From an uncultured bacterium (lineage in GTDB: Bacteria; Patescibacteriota; Minisyncoccia; Phycocordibacterales; GWA1-40-21): DNA of 64,000 bases. Both the position numbers and the translations under genes were made by a program. The notes beneath the pieces were generated by a model. That model made no database searches. It had not been told where the DNA came from and was given only the letters and a program-made list of their open reading frames with translations. The first letter of the stretch is position 1; the number at the start of each line of letters is the position of its first letter. Shown here piece after piece: positions 1 through 10,762 of this stretch. The DNA lies in contig CAWJAN010000006.1 of NCBI GenBank assembly GCA_963840885.1, positions 46,601-110,600 of the forward strand. Reading direction: 5' to 3'.

Positions 1-184
1 ATTTTTCCATTTCAGGAGCGGTTATTAGAAGCTCCCGGTATTCCCTCCTCTTTTCTTCCGTAGGCTCGACTCCTACTTTTTCGAAACGGCTATTGCATGT
101 GTGGGTGCTTTCATCTATCGCAAGAATGCCTTTAGGCGACATAGTCAGGCGTTTTACGGTTTGAATTAAAATATCCTTGTCCAT
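1..184 (-). CDS. Class I fructose-bisphosphate aldolase, 5' part (runs off the window start)
   Basis: Manual translation from ATG at 184 gives MDKDILIQTVKRLTMSPKGILAIDESTHTCNSRFEKVGVEPTEEKRREYRELLITAP. The KGILA(A/I)DES motif is typical of class I aldolases. Confidence 0.85.
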   Translation of the reverse strand, partial: MDKDILIQTVKRLTMSPKGILAIDESTHTCNSRFEKVGVEPTEEKRREYRELLITAPEMEK

Positions 185-249
185 ACAGAGATTTTACCAA
201 GTAGCGGTGGAAATGTCTAAAGATATTTTACTTTTATGATTTAATCGGC

Positions 250-1941
250 CTACGCGTCAATATCCCAATTGACTACGCCGTTTTTTACATCCATTACCGG
301 AGAAGAAAATACTTCCGTATACGATTCATCATCGTTTTTCTTGTCTATCTTTATGTGATACCTGCCTTTAGGGACAAGGATGTAATAGCGTCCGAATTTG
401 TCGGCGACTTTCTTTGCTATCGGAGATTCTTGTCCTTCCATGAATATGTTTATCAGCGCAAATGACAAAGGAAGTCCGTTTGATTTTTCCAGCAGAGTTC
501 CTGCTTTCTTTGTCTTGAATACGACAAAATTAAGTAGATACACCGTGACATATGTTCCGGCAATTATTAAATTATAAGGGGCGGGGACAAAGATAAGGCC
601 TATAAGAGCGACGAAAGCGCCTATGACAAAAAGCGTATCGGAAATCTTGGCCCAAAGAACAGTACCCGCTCTTGTAAATGAAGTCATATTGGCGCGGTTT
701 TTGGCAAATTCATTCCAGTCGAATTTAAGCGGATCCATAGGAATATTTTTTGTTATGATTTCTCCTTCCGCAGTTACGGTTATTTCATCCCCAAAATATA
801 GATCATTGTATACGGCATCGTATAAAGAACCCTTCATCTTCATGGACGGGAAACTGTAATTGGTTTTCTGACCAAGAATCTTATATTTTCCCGGCTTTAC
901 CAAAAATCCGTATCTGCCATCGAGATCTGTGATTGCCGTAGAAACTGTTTTGCCCGTTGCCGCATCGGTCAAGGAAACATAAGCCGGATCAAGAGGCCGT
1001 TTCGTAATTGCATCATAAACCGTTCCCCAGGGCCGCGCCTTCTTCTTGAGGCCGAATAATTCAACCATCAGATCGAAAATCCTGAACAGAATCATCCATA
1101 TATCGGAAAGGGCGGCTTGGCTTGTAAGGATTATTGTCAAGATTGAAGCTGTAACTCCTGCAATAATGCCTATTGTAGAAATTGTCTTGGTGACAATAGA
1201 GCCTATTTTTGTATTTACTATATTTTTAATCTGTCCGATTAATTGGCTTATGCCAGAAATCGAATTGGAAGTTCCTTGTGAAGGTTGAGACGGCGAAGAA
1301 GGCGGCGCTTGGGTTTGTGTGGATTGCGCCGGAGGCGCTGCCTGCTGATTCTGCCCGGATGCGGGCGACGAGGACTGGGATGTATTATTCGATCCGGAAG
1401 AAGATGGCTGCGTCACTACCGGCTGGGCTGGCGGCTGAACAGGACTTCCTACTCCGCCTCCGCCTGATGCCGGCGGAGTTGAAGTTGATGAAGTTGAAAC
1501 TGTCGGGCGCCAATCAGTTTCCACATCGCAATTGCTGCAATCGAATGTAAGTATTCCTATCAAAGTTCCGGTTGCCTGTCCGCTGAATTTTCCCGTCGAA
1601 GTATTTATAGAAACTCCGGAAAAGCTTATCCAGCCTATATTGTCTCCCCAAGCTGTTCCGGAAAGATTCCCTTCTCCGTCGTTAATTACTCCGCCATTTG
1701 CTGGCGCAAAATTAATCCAGCCGTAATTTTCCGACCAAGCCGAGCCTGTGACGGCTGAATCAGTAATGGATAATCCGCCATTTGACGGAGCGAAATTCAC
1801 CCATCCTATTTCATTGCTCCATGCGGCACCTTTTCCTGAAAGAATCGTTCCTGTCGACGCGCTAACGGCCATCGGCATTGCAAAAACGGCAAATAAGAAA
1901 AGTGATATATATGTCTTATAAAAAATTGTAAAACGATTCAT
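250..1941 (-). CDS. Secreted/membrane-anchored surface protein with a C-terminal membrane module containing carboxypeptidase-regulatory-like domains
   Basis: Signal peptide; repeated G(S/T)AWxxNxGWI motifs; S/P/Q-rich linker; TM segments; WGTVYD..KRPLDPAYV..TDLDGRYGFLV..G.Y domain shared with the gene at 10763-15010. Confidence 0.8.
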   Translation of the reverse strand: MNRFTIFYKTYISLFLFAVFAMPMAVSASTGTILSGKGAAWSNEIGWVNFAPSNGGLSITDSAVTGSAWSENYGWINFAPANGGVINDGEGNLSGTAWGDNIGWISFSGVSINTSTGKFSGQATGTLIGILTFDCSNCDVETDWRPTVSTSSTSTPPASGGGGVGSPVQPPAQPVVTQPSSSGSNNTSQSSSPASGQNQQAAPPAQSTQTQAPPSSPSQPSQGTSNSISGISQLIGQIKNIVNTKIGSIVTKTISTIGIIAGVTASILTIILTSQAALSDIWMILFRIFDLMVELFGLKKKARPWGTVYDAITKRPLDPAYVSLTDAATGKTVSTAITDLDGRYGFLVKPGKYKILGQKTNYSFPSMKMKGSLYDAVYNDLYFGDEITVTAEGEIITKNIPMDPLKFDWNEFAKNRANMTSFTRAGTVLWAKISDTLFVIGAFVALIGLIFVPAPYNLIIAGTYVTVYLLNFVVFKTKKAGTLLEKSNGLPLSFALINIFMEGQESPIAKKVADKFGRYYILVPKGRYHIKIDKKNDDESYTEVFSSPVMDVKNGVVNWDIDA

Positions 1942-1944
1942 ATT

Positions 1945-4900
1945 TTAATTTCCAGAATCCGTGCTTGATGCTGTCGTATCTGTCGATGTTGCATCCGATG
2001 ATGAGTCTGCCGTATCGGTTGATGTCGCATCCGACGATGTCGCCGTATCATCGGTAGATGTCGCAAGTGATGCATCATTTGAAGACGTATCCGAAGTCGA
2101 GGTTGATACGATCGAATCATCCGTACTTGTCGAAGCATCGTCTGAAGAAGTAGTTGAAGTTGAAGTGGATGTCGCTATAGTATCGCTGCTTGATGTGCTT
2201 GTGGTTGTTGTACTTGCATCGTCGGTGCTTGATGCATCAGACGACTGAATTTCCGTAGTATCGCTTGCTACTGAATCGGATGATGAAATTTGGATCGAAC
2301 TGGTTGATTGCAATTGGCAGGCGCCGACCACATTCGTAAGTATGCCATTGCTTATTATGATGCAATACGGCTGGCCAGTAATCTGATCATACATGGTAAT
2401 TCCTTCCGGACTCTGGCTCGTGCCAATCGCGATTCCGGTAAGATGCGCTAAGCCGTCTCCCACCGAAGATATAAACGATCCGATTTCCTTGACTGCATTG
2501 ACGAGTGCAGCAATGATTGGTCTGTCAGCAAGAGTGAGATATCCTCTGGAATCAGTTGCCACTGCTTCGGGTATTACTGATTGAACATTTTGTGCAGAAA
2601 AGCCGGTGTATTGATTTGTCATATCAAGGCCGCTTATGGCATTCCAATGATAGTTGATAGGAGTAAGTCCCTTAACCGCATCTAAGCCAAGAGTGAAATC
2701 ACCATCAATATTTTTCAATCGTTCATCGGAAGAAACTGTAACATTACCTAAAGAATCGGTTATGAGCGTTGCTCCGGCACTGCCTAAGGAAGAAAATTGC
2801 AAAGTTCCGGAAACTGTAAGTAAAGCCGACGGAGTTGAAGTGCCTAGGCCGACATTGCCATAAGTAATCAGTCCTGTATCTAAACTGAATACTCCATTAT
2901 CCAAAGTAATGCTTTTTGTTATGGAAGATGTGGCGGCTGGCGGAGTAAACATCCCGCTTGACGTAAACGTATGAACTGTATAAGCGCCATCATGAGTAAT
3001 GGTTCCTCCGGTTCCGTCTCCGCTCACTGGAGTCAAATATCTGATGATTACGACGCCAGAGCCTCCGGCTCCGCCGGTTCCATTCGCAGCCGCTCCTCCT
3101 CCGCCTCCGCCTCCTGTATTTGTGGTTGCATCGCTTCCGCTTGAAGCTCCTACATAACCTCCGGCTCCGCCTCCGCCATTTCCGCCGTCGCCTGCAGGGC
3201 TTGGACCGCCGTCATATCCGCCTCCTCCTCCGCCGCCGCCATAATATGTAGGGGTTCCTGAAATTGAACTTGATGTTCCGACTCCTCCTGCGGGATCATT
3301 TGAACCGGTGCTATCAGTTCCGGCTGCTCCGGCTCCTCCTCCTCCCGATCCTTGGGGATTGCCTCCTGGATTATCTCCTCCTTTATTTCCCTGGCCAGCG
3401 GTTCCCGCAGAACCTGTTCCTCCGGAACCGGCTTCACCTCCTCCAGAACCTCCGGTATTTCCTGAACCTCCATAACTGCCTCCGGCTCCTCCGCCAATTG
3501 CTGTAATGCTTAGAATTGAAGAATCATCTCCATTGTTTCCTGGACTGCCTCCATCACCGACGGTAATGGTCTGAGAGCCGACTATGTCAGTTGTCGTAGA
3601 GACGACTCCTCCCGCTCCTCCTCCGCCTCCGCCGTTTGATCCTCCACCTCCGCCTCCGGCAACCGCGAGAATATCAAATGATGAAATGAGTGATGAACTT
3701 GCAATTCCCGACAATCCTAAAGAAGAATTTGAAACGATATCGCCTGATGCATAAACATTTCCAGCAACATCAAGAGCTTCGGAAGGAGTTGAGGTTCCAA
3801 TTCCTACATTTCCAAGATCATAATAGATATCTGAGCTTGTTGAAGTCCACTGTGATGATCCGCCGCTTGACGTTGTCGCTACTACATTTCCGTTTGAATC
3901 GACAGCGAGCAAGGTGTTTGAGAGCCCTGAAATATTTAAAGATGGAGTTACTATTCCAGAATCAAAATTAAATAAACTACTAGATGATGTTAATGAAATA
4001 TACTTAGTATTAACAGCAGAACCTGCAGGCGCCACAAAAGTCCCGCTTGACGTAAACGTATGAACTGTATAAGCGCCATCATGAGTAATGGTTCCTCCGG
4101 TTCCGTCTCCGCTCACTGGAGTCAAATATCTGATGATTACGACGCCAGAGCCTCCGGCTCCGCCGGTTCCATTCGCAGCCGCTCCTCCTCCGCCTCCGCC
4201 TCCTGTATTTGTGGTTGCATCGCTTCCGCTTGAAGCTCCTACATAACCTCCGGCTCCGCCTCCGCCATTTCCGCCGTCGCCTGCAGGGCTTGGACCGCCG
4301 TCATATCCGCCTCCTCCTCCGCCGCCGCCATAATATGTAGGGGTTCCTGAAATTGAACTTGATGTTCCGACTCCTCCTGCGGGATCATTTGAACCGGTGC
4401 TATCAGTTCCGGCTGCTCCGGCTCCTCCTCCTCCCGATCCTTGGGGATTGCCTCCTGGATTATCTCCTCCTTTATTTCCCTGGCCAGCGGTTCCCGCAGA
4501 ACCTGTTCCTCCGGAACCGGCTTCACCTCCTCCAGAACCTCCGGTATTTCCTGAACCTCCATAACTGCCTCCGGCTCCTCCGCCAATTGCTGTAATGCTT
4601 AGAATTGAAGAATCATCTCCATTGTTTCCTGGACTGCCTCCATCACCGACGGTAATGGTCTGAGAGCCGACTATGTCAGTTGTCGTAGAGACGACTCCTC
4701 CCGCTCCTCCTCCGCCTCCGCCGTTTGATCCTCCACCTCCGCCTCCGGCAACGACAAGCACATCCACTTGAACAGATGATTGGCTTAGTTTTAAAAATTG
4801 ATCGGAAAATACCGGCATTCCATTCTTATAAAAATCTGCTGCATTAACAATGCCGTTTACATCAAGAGGATATGCTGGAGTTGAAGTTCCTACACCCACT

Positions 4901-7900
4901 GAACCATCTGATGAAACATAGAGTACAGATTGGCTTGAGGAAGAAACGAAGTTGGCAATGGCTCCTCCGTCTATAGCGTCAATTTCAAATTGAGCGGTTG
5001 GTATAGTCGTTCCTAATCCAATGTGTCCGTCCCCTCCTATAAAAAATAATGACTGACTCGATGATGAAACAAAATTGGCAATGTTATTGCTATCCTTTCC
5101 ATCGATTTCAAACATGCCGATGGGATTCATAGTGCCTATGCCGAAATTTCCCAATAAATATGATGAGGAAGATGAAGTGACCGCAAGAGAACCGTTCGTA
5201 GTAAAACCAATCGAATTAAAGAAATCATTGCCGAGATCGATAACGGTAATATCATTACTACCAAAAGCGCCAACGTATGCGTGATTGCCGAATACTGCGA
5301 GACCCTGTGGAGCAGCTCCGGCTCCTACCGAGTCAAGGGTAATTGGATTTGTAGAAGATGATATATCAACTACAGACATGGTTCCTGATTCAGCATTAAC
5401 TAAATAAGCATAATTGCCTGAGACAGAGATATCCTGAGGATTAATATCAACAGTAGTTGTGGCTATCTGTATTGGATTGGAGGAAGATGAGATGTCAAAA
5501 ACTGCCATTTGGCCTAATGTGGAATGGCTATCAATATACTGATACGACGTGTACAAATACGAACCTGATACAACCATGCAGCTAGGATTGGAACCTGCGG
5601 GAGTTGTGGTTGTGGCAACGAGTACCGGATTACTAGAAGATGAAATATCAAATGTAGAAATAGAATCTGGAATAGTGCCGCTGCCCAAGTTTCCCCAGTT
5701 AGCTTCATATAAATAATTATTGTCAGCAGACATGGCAAGACCGAAAGCCTGATTTCCCCCGTCTGAAACTTTGGTTATGAATACGGGATTTGTGCCGGAT
5801 GTGATATCAAAAACTGAAACGCTGCTGACTGTGGAATCCGATTCTGGAGGATTCTCTTGATTCGAAATATACAAGTAGGAATGGTTATTCTCTTTCTTTA
5901 TGACCATTTTTTGAGAATATCCGCCCTGTGTGCTAAAAGTCGTAATTGATTTTGGAGATTTTGGAGAAGATATGTCAATAACACTTACGGTGGAATCTCC
6001 GCTGTTAAGTACATATAAATAATTATTGATGACTTGTATATCTTGGGGAAAACTTCCAACGGCGATAGCGGCGACCTCAACGGGAGATGCTGTATTTGAG
6101 TTATCAAAAATAGATACGCTGCCTCCTTCATTGTTTGTCGCATATAAATACTTACCGTAAACCGTTACATCAGTAGGACCGGCCCAATATTCATAAAGAA
6201 AATTCTCGATGCCTGGCGTATTGCCTTCATCGTATACTATCGAGGTGCTTGCGGTATAAACCGCATGATTGGAGAAATTAGGATCATCGACAACCACTCT
6301 ATAGCCGTCAACACCGGAAACTGCATTCCAGGATACGTCGATTGCATATGGACCGCTTGAAGTGCTGGTAAATGGTATATCAACATAATTTTGGGAAGGA
6401 ACTTTTATGCCATTGATGAGCTTATAGCCATAAACTTTGAAATCATAATCTCCAATATACGTTAAGGTTCCCGTAGCTTCATCATCGAGAGCGTCACCGA
6501 TTCCTGTTGGGCTTGGAACAATATATGCTGTGCCGCCTTGTGCAGTACCTATATCAGCTGGCGACAAAGATGAGTAGTTGATTCCGGTAATATAATTGGA
6601 TATAGATCCTGAAATGGTTAAGCTTGCATCGGGTGTGGAAGTACCGATTCCGACATTGCCGACAGAGTAATAAATATTTGAGCTTGTTGAAGTCCACTGG
6701 GAGGATCCGCTCGGGGCTGTTGTTGCTGTCACATTTCCATTTGCGTCCACCGCAAGAAAAGTATTGGAAAGATTTGAAATATTCAAACCTTGTGTGGTTG
6801 AGGTACCAACAACCGATAGTGCAGTTGCAGGAGTTGTTGTACCTATGCCTAAATTTCCTGCAAAATATGAAATTGTATTTGTTCCTGAAACGGATATTGC
6901 GCCGTTTGAAAGTATTCCTCCAGACCCGACTGAAAGAGTTGTTCCTACATTCAAGAAATCCTGGATATTAATTCCCCTGCTTACATTTACAGTTCCAGCC
7001 TCAATCGAACCGGCTTCAAGACCTTCTGCTGTAATGCCGCCGATGTCTACAACTGATATGGAACCTGCCGCAAAAGTATCTGAATTGAATTCGCTATTGG
7101 CAGAATATACATAATTTCCTGAAACGGCGACGCCTTGGCACCAAGTGCTGGTTTTTATGTTTCCAATAAGGTATGGGGACAGCGGATTGGAAATATTTAT
7201 GACTGATATGGAATTATCTTGCTGATTTGCAGTGTAGGCATAATCTCCGGAAACTGTGATATCTATAGGTGCAGCGCCGGAACCAACTGTCGTAGTGGCA
7301 ACAGGGAAAGGAGCATACGGATTTGAAATATCTACGACAGACATGGAATCGCCTTGGAAATTTGCCACGTATGCATAGCTGCCGGAAACAGAAATACTTG
7401 TCGGGACATATCCCACAGTCGTAGTGGCAATTTCCACCGGAGAATGAGGATTTGAAATATCCACTACTGAAATGGTGGTGCCGCGCACGCCGGTCAAATC
7501 GCCGCCGTTTGTAACATACGCATAGTTGCCGGAAATTGCTATGCCGGCAGGGCCGAATCCTACTGTCGTAGTAGCAATAATCGATGGAGCATAAGGATTT
7601 GAAATATCAAATACAGAAATAGTATTTCCATCGCCACTTAAGCCGCCGTCGGTCACGTATGCGTAGTGTCCGGAAATTGCTATGCCTGCCGGATATGTTC
7701 CGTATACCGATGATGTTGCAATAAGCTTTGGATCTGATGGATTGGCGACATCCATGACAGAGATATCGTGATCAAATTCACCATTATTTACTACATAAAC
7801 ATAGTGTCCTGATTTTGCGAGGCCTATAGATGAGGCGCCACCTACTGTCGTAGTAGCAATCTGCCGAGGAGCGGCAGGATTTGAAATGTCGACGACAGCG

Positions 7901-10686
7901 AATGGATTGGCTCCGGGTTCAAGTGGATTCGTACCTGGATCACCATTTGCGCGATTATCATAATTGCTCGAAACATAAGCATAATGACCGTCTATAATAA
8001 TATTTTGCGGATATAATCCGACAGATGTGGTTGCAATCTGAGAAATGTGATTAAAATCGCTATAGCTTGAGATTGCTCCGTTTACGGTCAGGACATTTTC
8101 CGGAGTCGTGGTGCCGATGCCGACATTTCCGCTTGAAGCTATGTACAAAGCGGAACGGCTGGAAGGCGATATAAAATTAGCAATATCGCTTGTCGATGAA
8201 CCGAAAACCTCCAAGCTAGCAGGCTGATTTATGGCGCTTGTATTTACAGACATGAAATTATTGTTCGGGCCAATGGCTGCAAAATAGTTTCCGCCGAAAG
8301 CTATGGCGTTCAACGGCGTAGATTCTGTAAAACTTTTTGTTGTCCAATCATTGCCATTTAAAGATTCACCGAATTCTTCGGGATTTCCGACTGCTATAAA
8401 CGTGCCGTTGCCATATGCAATGGAACTCCAAGAATCAATTGTAGGTGAATTGCCTAGAGACCAATTTATTCCGTCAGAAGAAGTGGCAAACCTGTTATGG
8501 CCTAAGGAATCGCTTCCTATAAGAATAAACATATTGTTGCCATAAACAATGGCCGTTCCACTGTTCATGGGTGATGGCACGTTTTCTGCAGTCCAGTTTA
8601 TTCCATCTGAAGACTCAATCGTATGCGAGTTATTGTTAGTTCCGACAAAAATTCCATTTGCATAAATGAAAGATGACCAGTTGGCTGCTGATGTTGGAAG
8701 ACTGCTTGTGGCCCAGTTAATACCGTCCGAAGAAGTGGCGAATTGATCGCCGCCCAGGGCGACAAACATGCCGTTGCCGTATGCAATTTGCCAAGCCCAA
8801 GTAAAATACGACGGATGCGGAGGCGGCATAGTTCCGCCAGTCCAGCTTATACCATCAGAAGAAACCGCTACATGATCACCGTTTGTACCAGCAGCTATAA
8901 ATTTACCATTCCCGTATATTAACGTTTCCCAATAATCTGATTCCGGCATGGTTCCTGATGTCCAATTTATTCCGTCGGAAGAGATTGCCAAATTGCTGCC
9001 ATTGCCGGTCGCTACAAATTTGCCATTTCCGTAGGCAATAGCGAGCCAATCGCTATTGGAGACAGGGAGAGTTCCCGTAGCAAGATTGCTTCCTTCAATA
9101 GGCTCGTGAGAATTGCCTGCTTTCACTCCGCCGGAATCATAATAAATATTCGAGCCTGAGGTCGTCCACTGTGAAAGAGACGAGCTTGCGGTAAAAACAT
9201 TCCCATTTGAATCCACACTAAGTAAGCCGCTTGAAATACCGGGAAGGGTTAATCCGAATAATGTGGTTGTTCCGGTAACGGATAGTGCTGACTCAGGTGT
9301 TGTAGTGCCGATACCTATGCGGCCGTCAGCGCCAATATAGAATACTGAAGCGGATGTCGATGAGAAAAAACTGGCGATTGTGCTTGTTCCTTGCCCGAAT
9401 ACCTGGAATGTATATGCGCCAGATGATGTTGTGGTGGATGTTGTGGTAGTGGAAATCCTTACAACAGAAATATCGCTGTCATCATCATTTGCGGTATAGG
9501 CATAATCGCCGGAAATAGCGATATCGAGCGGAAAACTGCCTACTGAAACTGTCGCACTCACTGATGGAGATGAAGGGCTGGAAATATCCAAGACTGAAAT
9601 CGTATCATCGCTACCATTCACAAGATAGGCATGCGTGCCGGAAATAGCAATGCCGCGGGGATGATTTCCAACGTTCACATCGGCAATATCGCTCGGCGAA
9701 AGCGGATTTGATATATTGATGACAGAAATCGCATCACTATTAACATCGGCTACATAGGCATAATTGCCGGAAATCGCTATGCCGTATGGGCTAGATCCCC
9801 CAGGAAGCACTGCTGTAGTGACCTCAACCGGAGCAAGCGGATTTGAAATATCTACAACGGAAACATCATCATCATCGGAGTTGGTCACATAGGCATAGTT
9901 GCCGGAAACAGCAACATCAAGAGGTGAACCGCCGACCGAAGTCGTAGCAACTTGAATTGGAGCAAGCGGATTTGAAATATCTATAACAGACATTATACTA
10001 TCGGACTCATCAGCAATATAAGCGTAATTACCGGATATTGCGATGCCTAGAGCCGTATCATAATTATTCGGATCATTACCAACAGTCGTCGTAGCGACTT
10101 GGACAGGAGCTGAAGGATTTGAAACATCAATGACAGAAAGATTGCTTGCGCCATTTGTAACATATGCATAGTTGCCGGAAACTGCGACATAGTATGAGTA
10201 ATCACCTGAATCACCTACGCTCGTCGTGGCTGTCTCGATTGGAGAGAGAGGATTTGAAACATCAAAAATGGAAAATACCGCATTGCAATTATCGGCAACA
10301 TAAACATGGTCACCTGAAGCCGCAATCCCCCATGGGCATGCATTGCCATTGTCTGTCTGAGCCGTGGTGTTTTCAACAGGAGACGCAATATAATCTACTG
10401 TCGTGGTAGAGCCGGTAGTAAAAAATGAATTCGTCGATGTGCCGACAGCAAAGTTTCCTACATTGAAAAGATTCTGATTATTTAAATCGATTGTAGATGT
10501 AGCTCCTGTAAAAGGTATAAATGTGGAAAAAAGGCTCACGCCGCAGTTCGATGTTCCCATCACGCAATCCGGATTCAGCGTTTCACCAGGAGTATAAACC
10601 GAAGCAGAAGCAAAAGTAAAAAATGCAAATATGAAATATATTGCAAATAATACAGAAGAAGTGAATTTTCTAAAGGAAATATTCAT
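1945..10686 (-). CDS. Giant (2913 aa) secreted fibre/adhesin: LVIVD-type beta-propeller repeats, duplicated Gly-rich domain, peptidase S74-like intramolecular chaperone, Ser/Thr/Asp tail
   Basis: Signal peptide; many (I/V)AISGNYAYV...SVVDISNP repeats; recurring GNVGIGTxTP linkers; SSDERLK...GFSAQNVQSVIPEAV chaperone motif. Confidence 0.85.
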   Translation of the reverse strand: MNISFRKFTSSVLFAIYFIFAFFTFASASVYTPGETLNPDCVMGTSNCGVSLFSTFIPFTGATSTIDLNNQNLFNVGNFAVGTSTNSFFTTGSTTTVDYIASPVENTTAQTDNGNACPWGIAASGDHVYVADNCNAVFSIFDVSNPLSPIETATTSVGDSGDYSYYVAVSGNYAYVTNGASNLSVIDVSNPSAPVQVATTTVGNDPNNYDTALGIAISGNYAYIADESDSIMSVIDISNPLAPIQVATTSVGGSPLDVAVSGNYAYVTNSDDDDVSVVDISNPLAPVEVTTAVLPGGSSPYGIAISGNYAYVADVNSDAISVINISNPLSPSDIADVNVGNHPRGIAISGTHAYLVNGSDDTISVLDISSPSSPSVSATVSVGSFPLDIAISGDYAYTANDDDSDISVVRISTTTTSTTTSSGAYTFQVFGQGTSTIASFFSSTSASVFYIGADGRIGIGTTTPESALSVTGTTTLFGLTLPGISSGLLSVDSNGNVFTASSSLSQWTTSGSNIYYDSGGVKAGNSHEPIEGSNLATGTLPVSNSDWLAIAYGNGKFVATGNGSNLAISSDGINWTSGTMPESDYWETLIYGNGKFIAAGTNGDHVAVSSDGISWTGGTMPPPHPSYFTWAWQIAYGNGMFVALGGDQFATSSDGINWATSSLPTSAANWSSFIYANGIFVGTNNNSHTIESSDGINWTAENVPSPMNSGTAIVYGNNMFILIGSDSLGHNRFATSSDGINWSLGNSPTIDSWSSIAYGNGTFIAVGNPEEFGESLNGNDWTTKSFTESTPLNAIAFGGNYFAAIGPNNNFMSVNTSAINQPASLEVFGSSTSDIANFISPSSRSALYIASSGNVGIGTTTPENVLTVNGAISSYSDFNHISQIATTSVGLYPQNIIIDGHYAYVSSNYDNRANGDPGTNPLEPGANPFAVVDISNPAAPRQIATTTVGGASSIGLAKSGHYVYVVNNGEFDHDISVMDVANPSDPKLIATSSVYGTYPAGIAISGHYAYVTDGGLSGDGNTISVFDISNPYAPSIIATTTVGFGPAGIAISGNYAYVTNGGDLTGVRGTTISVVDISNPHSPVEIATTTVGYVPTSISVSGSYAYVANFQGDSMSVVDISNPYAPFPVATTTVGSGAAPIDITVSGDYAYTANQQDNSISVINISNPLSPYLIGNIKTSTWCQGVAVSGNYVYSANSEFNSDTFAAGSISVVDIGGITAEGLEAGSIEAGTVNVSRGINIQDFLNVGTTLSVGSGGILSNGAISVSGTNTISYFAGNLGIGTTTPATALSVVGTSTTQGLNISNLSNTFLAVDANGNVTATTAPSGSSQWTSTSSNIYYSVGNVGIGTSTPDASLTISGSISNYITGINYSSLSPADIGTAQGGTAYIVPSPTGIGDALDDEATGTLTYIGDYDFKVYGYKLINGIKVPSQNYVDIPFTSTSSGPYAIDVSWNAVSGVDGYRVVVDDPNFSNHAVYTASTSIVYDEGNTPGIENFLYEYWAGPTDVTVYGKYLYATNNEGGSVSIFDNSNTASPVEVAAIAVGSFPQDIQVINNYLYVLNSGDSTVSVIDISSPKSPKSITTFSTQGGYSQKMVIKKENNHSYLYISNQENPPESDSTVSSVSVFDITSGTNPVFITKVSDGGNQAFGLAMSADNNYLYEANWGNLGSGTIPDSISTFDISSSSNPVLVATTTTPAGSNPSCMVVSGSYLYTSYQYIDSHSTLGQMAVFDISSSSNPIQIATTTVDINPQDISVSGNYAYLVNAESGTMSVVDISSSTNPITLDSVGAGAAPQGLAVFGNHAYVGAFGSNDITVIDLGNDFFNSIGFTTNGSLAVTSSSSSYLLGNFGIGTMNPIGMFEIDGKDSNNIANFVSSSSQSLFFIGGDGHIGLGTTIPTAQFEIDAIDGGAIANFVSSSSQSVLYVSSDGSVGVGTSTPAYPLDVNGIVNAADFYKNGMPVFSDQFLKLSQSSVQVDVLVVAGGGGGGSNGGGGGGAGGVVSTTTDIVGSQTITVGDGGSPGNNGDDSSILSITAIGGGAGGSYGGSGNTGGSGGGEAGSGGTGSAGTAGQGNKGGDNPGGNPQGSGGGGAGAAGTDSTGSNDPAGGVGTSSSISGTPTYYGGGGGGGGYDGGPSPAGDGGNGGGGAGGYVGASSGSDATTNTGGGGGGGAAANGTGGAGGSGVVIIRYLTPVSGDGTGGTITHDGAYTVHTFTSSGTFVAPAGSAVNTKYISLTSSSSLFNFDSGIVTPSLNISGLSNTLLAVDSNGNVVATTSSGGSSQWTSTSSDIYYDLGNVGIGTSTPSEALDVAGNVYASGDIVSNSSLGLSGIASSSLISSFDILAVAGGGGGGSNGGGGGGAGGVVSTTTDIVGSQTITVGDGGSPGNNGDDSSILSITAIGGGAGGSYGGSGNTGGSGGGEAGSGGTGSAGTAGQGNKGGDNPGGNPQGSGGGGAGAAGTDSTGSNDPAGGVGTSSSISGTPTYYGGGGGGGGYDGGPSPAGDGGNGGGGAGGYVGASSGSDATTNTGGGGGGGAAANGTGGAGGSGVVIIRYLTPVSGDGTGGTITHDGAYTVHTFTSSGMFTPPAATSSITKSITLDNGVFSLDTGLITYGNVGLGTSTPSALLTVSGTLQFSSLGSAGATLITDSLGNVTVSSDERLKNIDGDFTLGLDAVKGLTPINYHWNAISGLDMTNQYTGFSAQNVQSVIPEAVATDSRGYLTLADRPIIAALVNAVKEIGSFISSVGDGLAHLTGIAIGTSQSPEGITMYDQITGQPYCIIISNGILTNVVGACQLQSTSSIQISSSDSVASDTTEIQSSDASSTDDASTTTTSTSSSDTIATSTSTSTTSSDDASTSTDDSIVSTSTSDTSSNDASLATSTDDTATSSDATSTDTADSSSDATSTDTTASSTDSGN
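2952..3663. repeat. 712-bp intragenic direct repeat, copy 1 (Gly-rich domain)
   Basis: Matches 4041-4752 at offset 1089 with no differences seen by eye; alternative-frame ORFs over both copies translate identically. Confidence 0.95.
4041..4752. repeat. 712-bp intragenic direct repeat, copy 2
   Basis: Matches 2952-3663. Confidence 0.95.
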
Positions 10687-10762
10687 GACGTATTTATTGG
10701 ATATATTATAGCAATAAATAAAAAATTTTCACTAACCAATGAATGGAGAAATTATTTATTCC

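Noticed and set aside
3150-4595. Duplicated 115-aa and 80-aa ORFs in the ORF track
   Set aside because: These are alternative-frame shadows of the 712-bp duplication inside the 2913-aa gene.
2952-4752. Diversity-generating retroelement TR/VR pair
   Set aside because: The copies show no adenine-specific mismatches, both are in-frame coding, and no reverse transcriptase is present.
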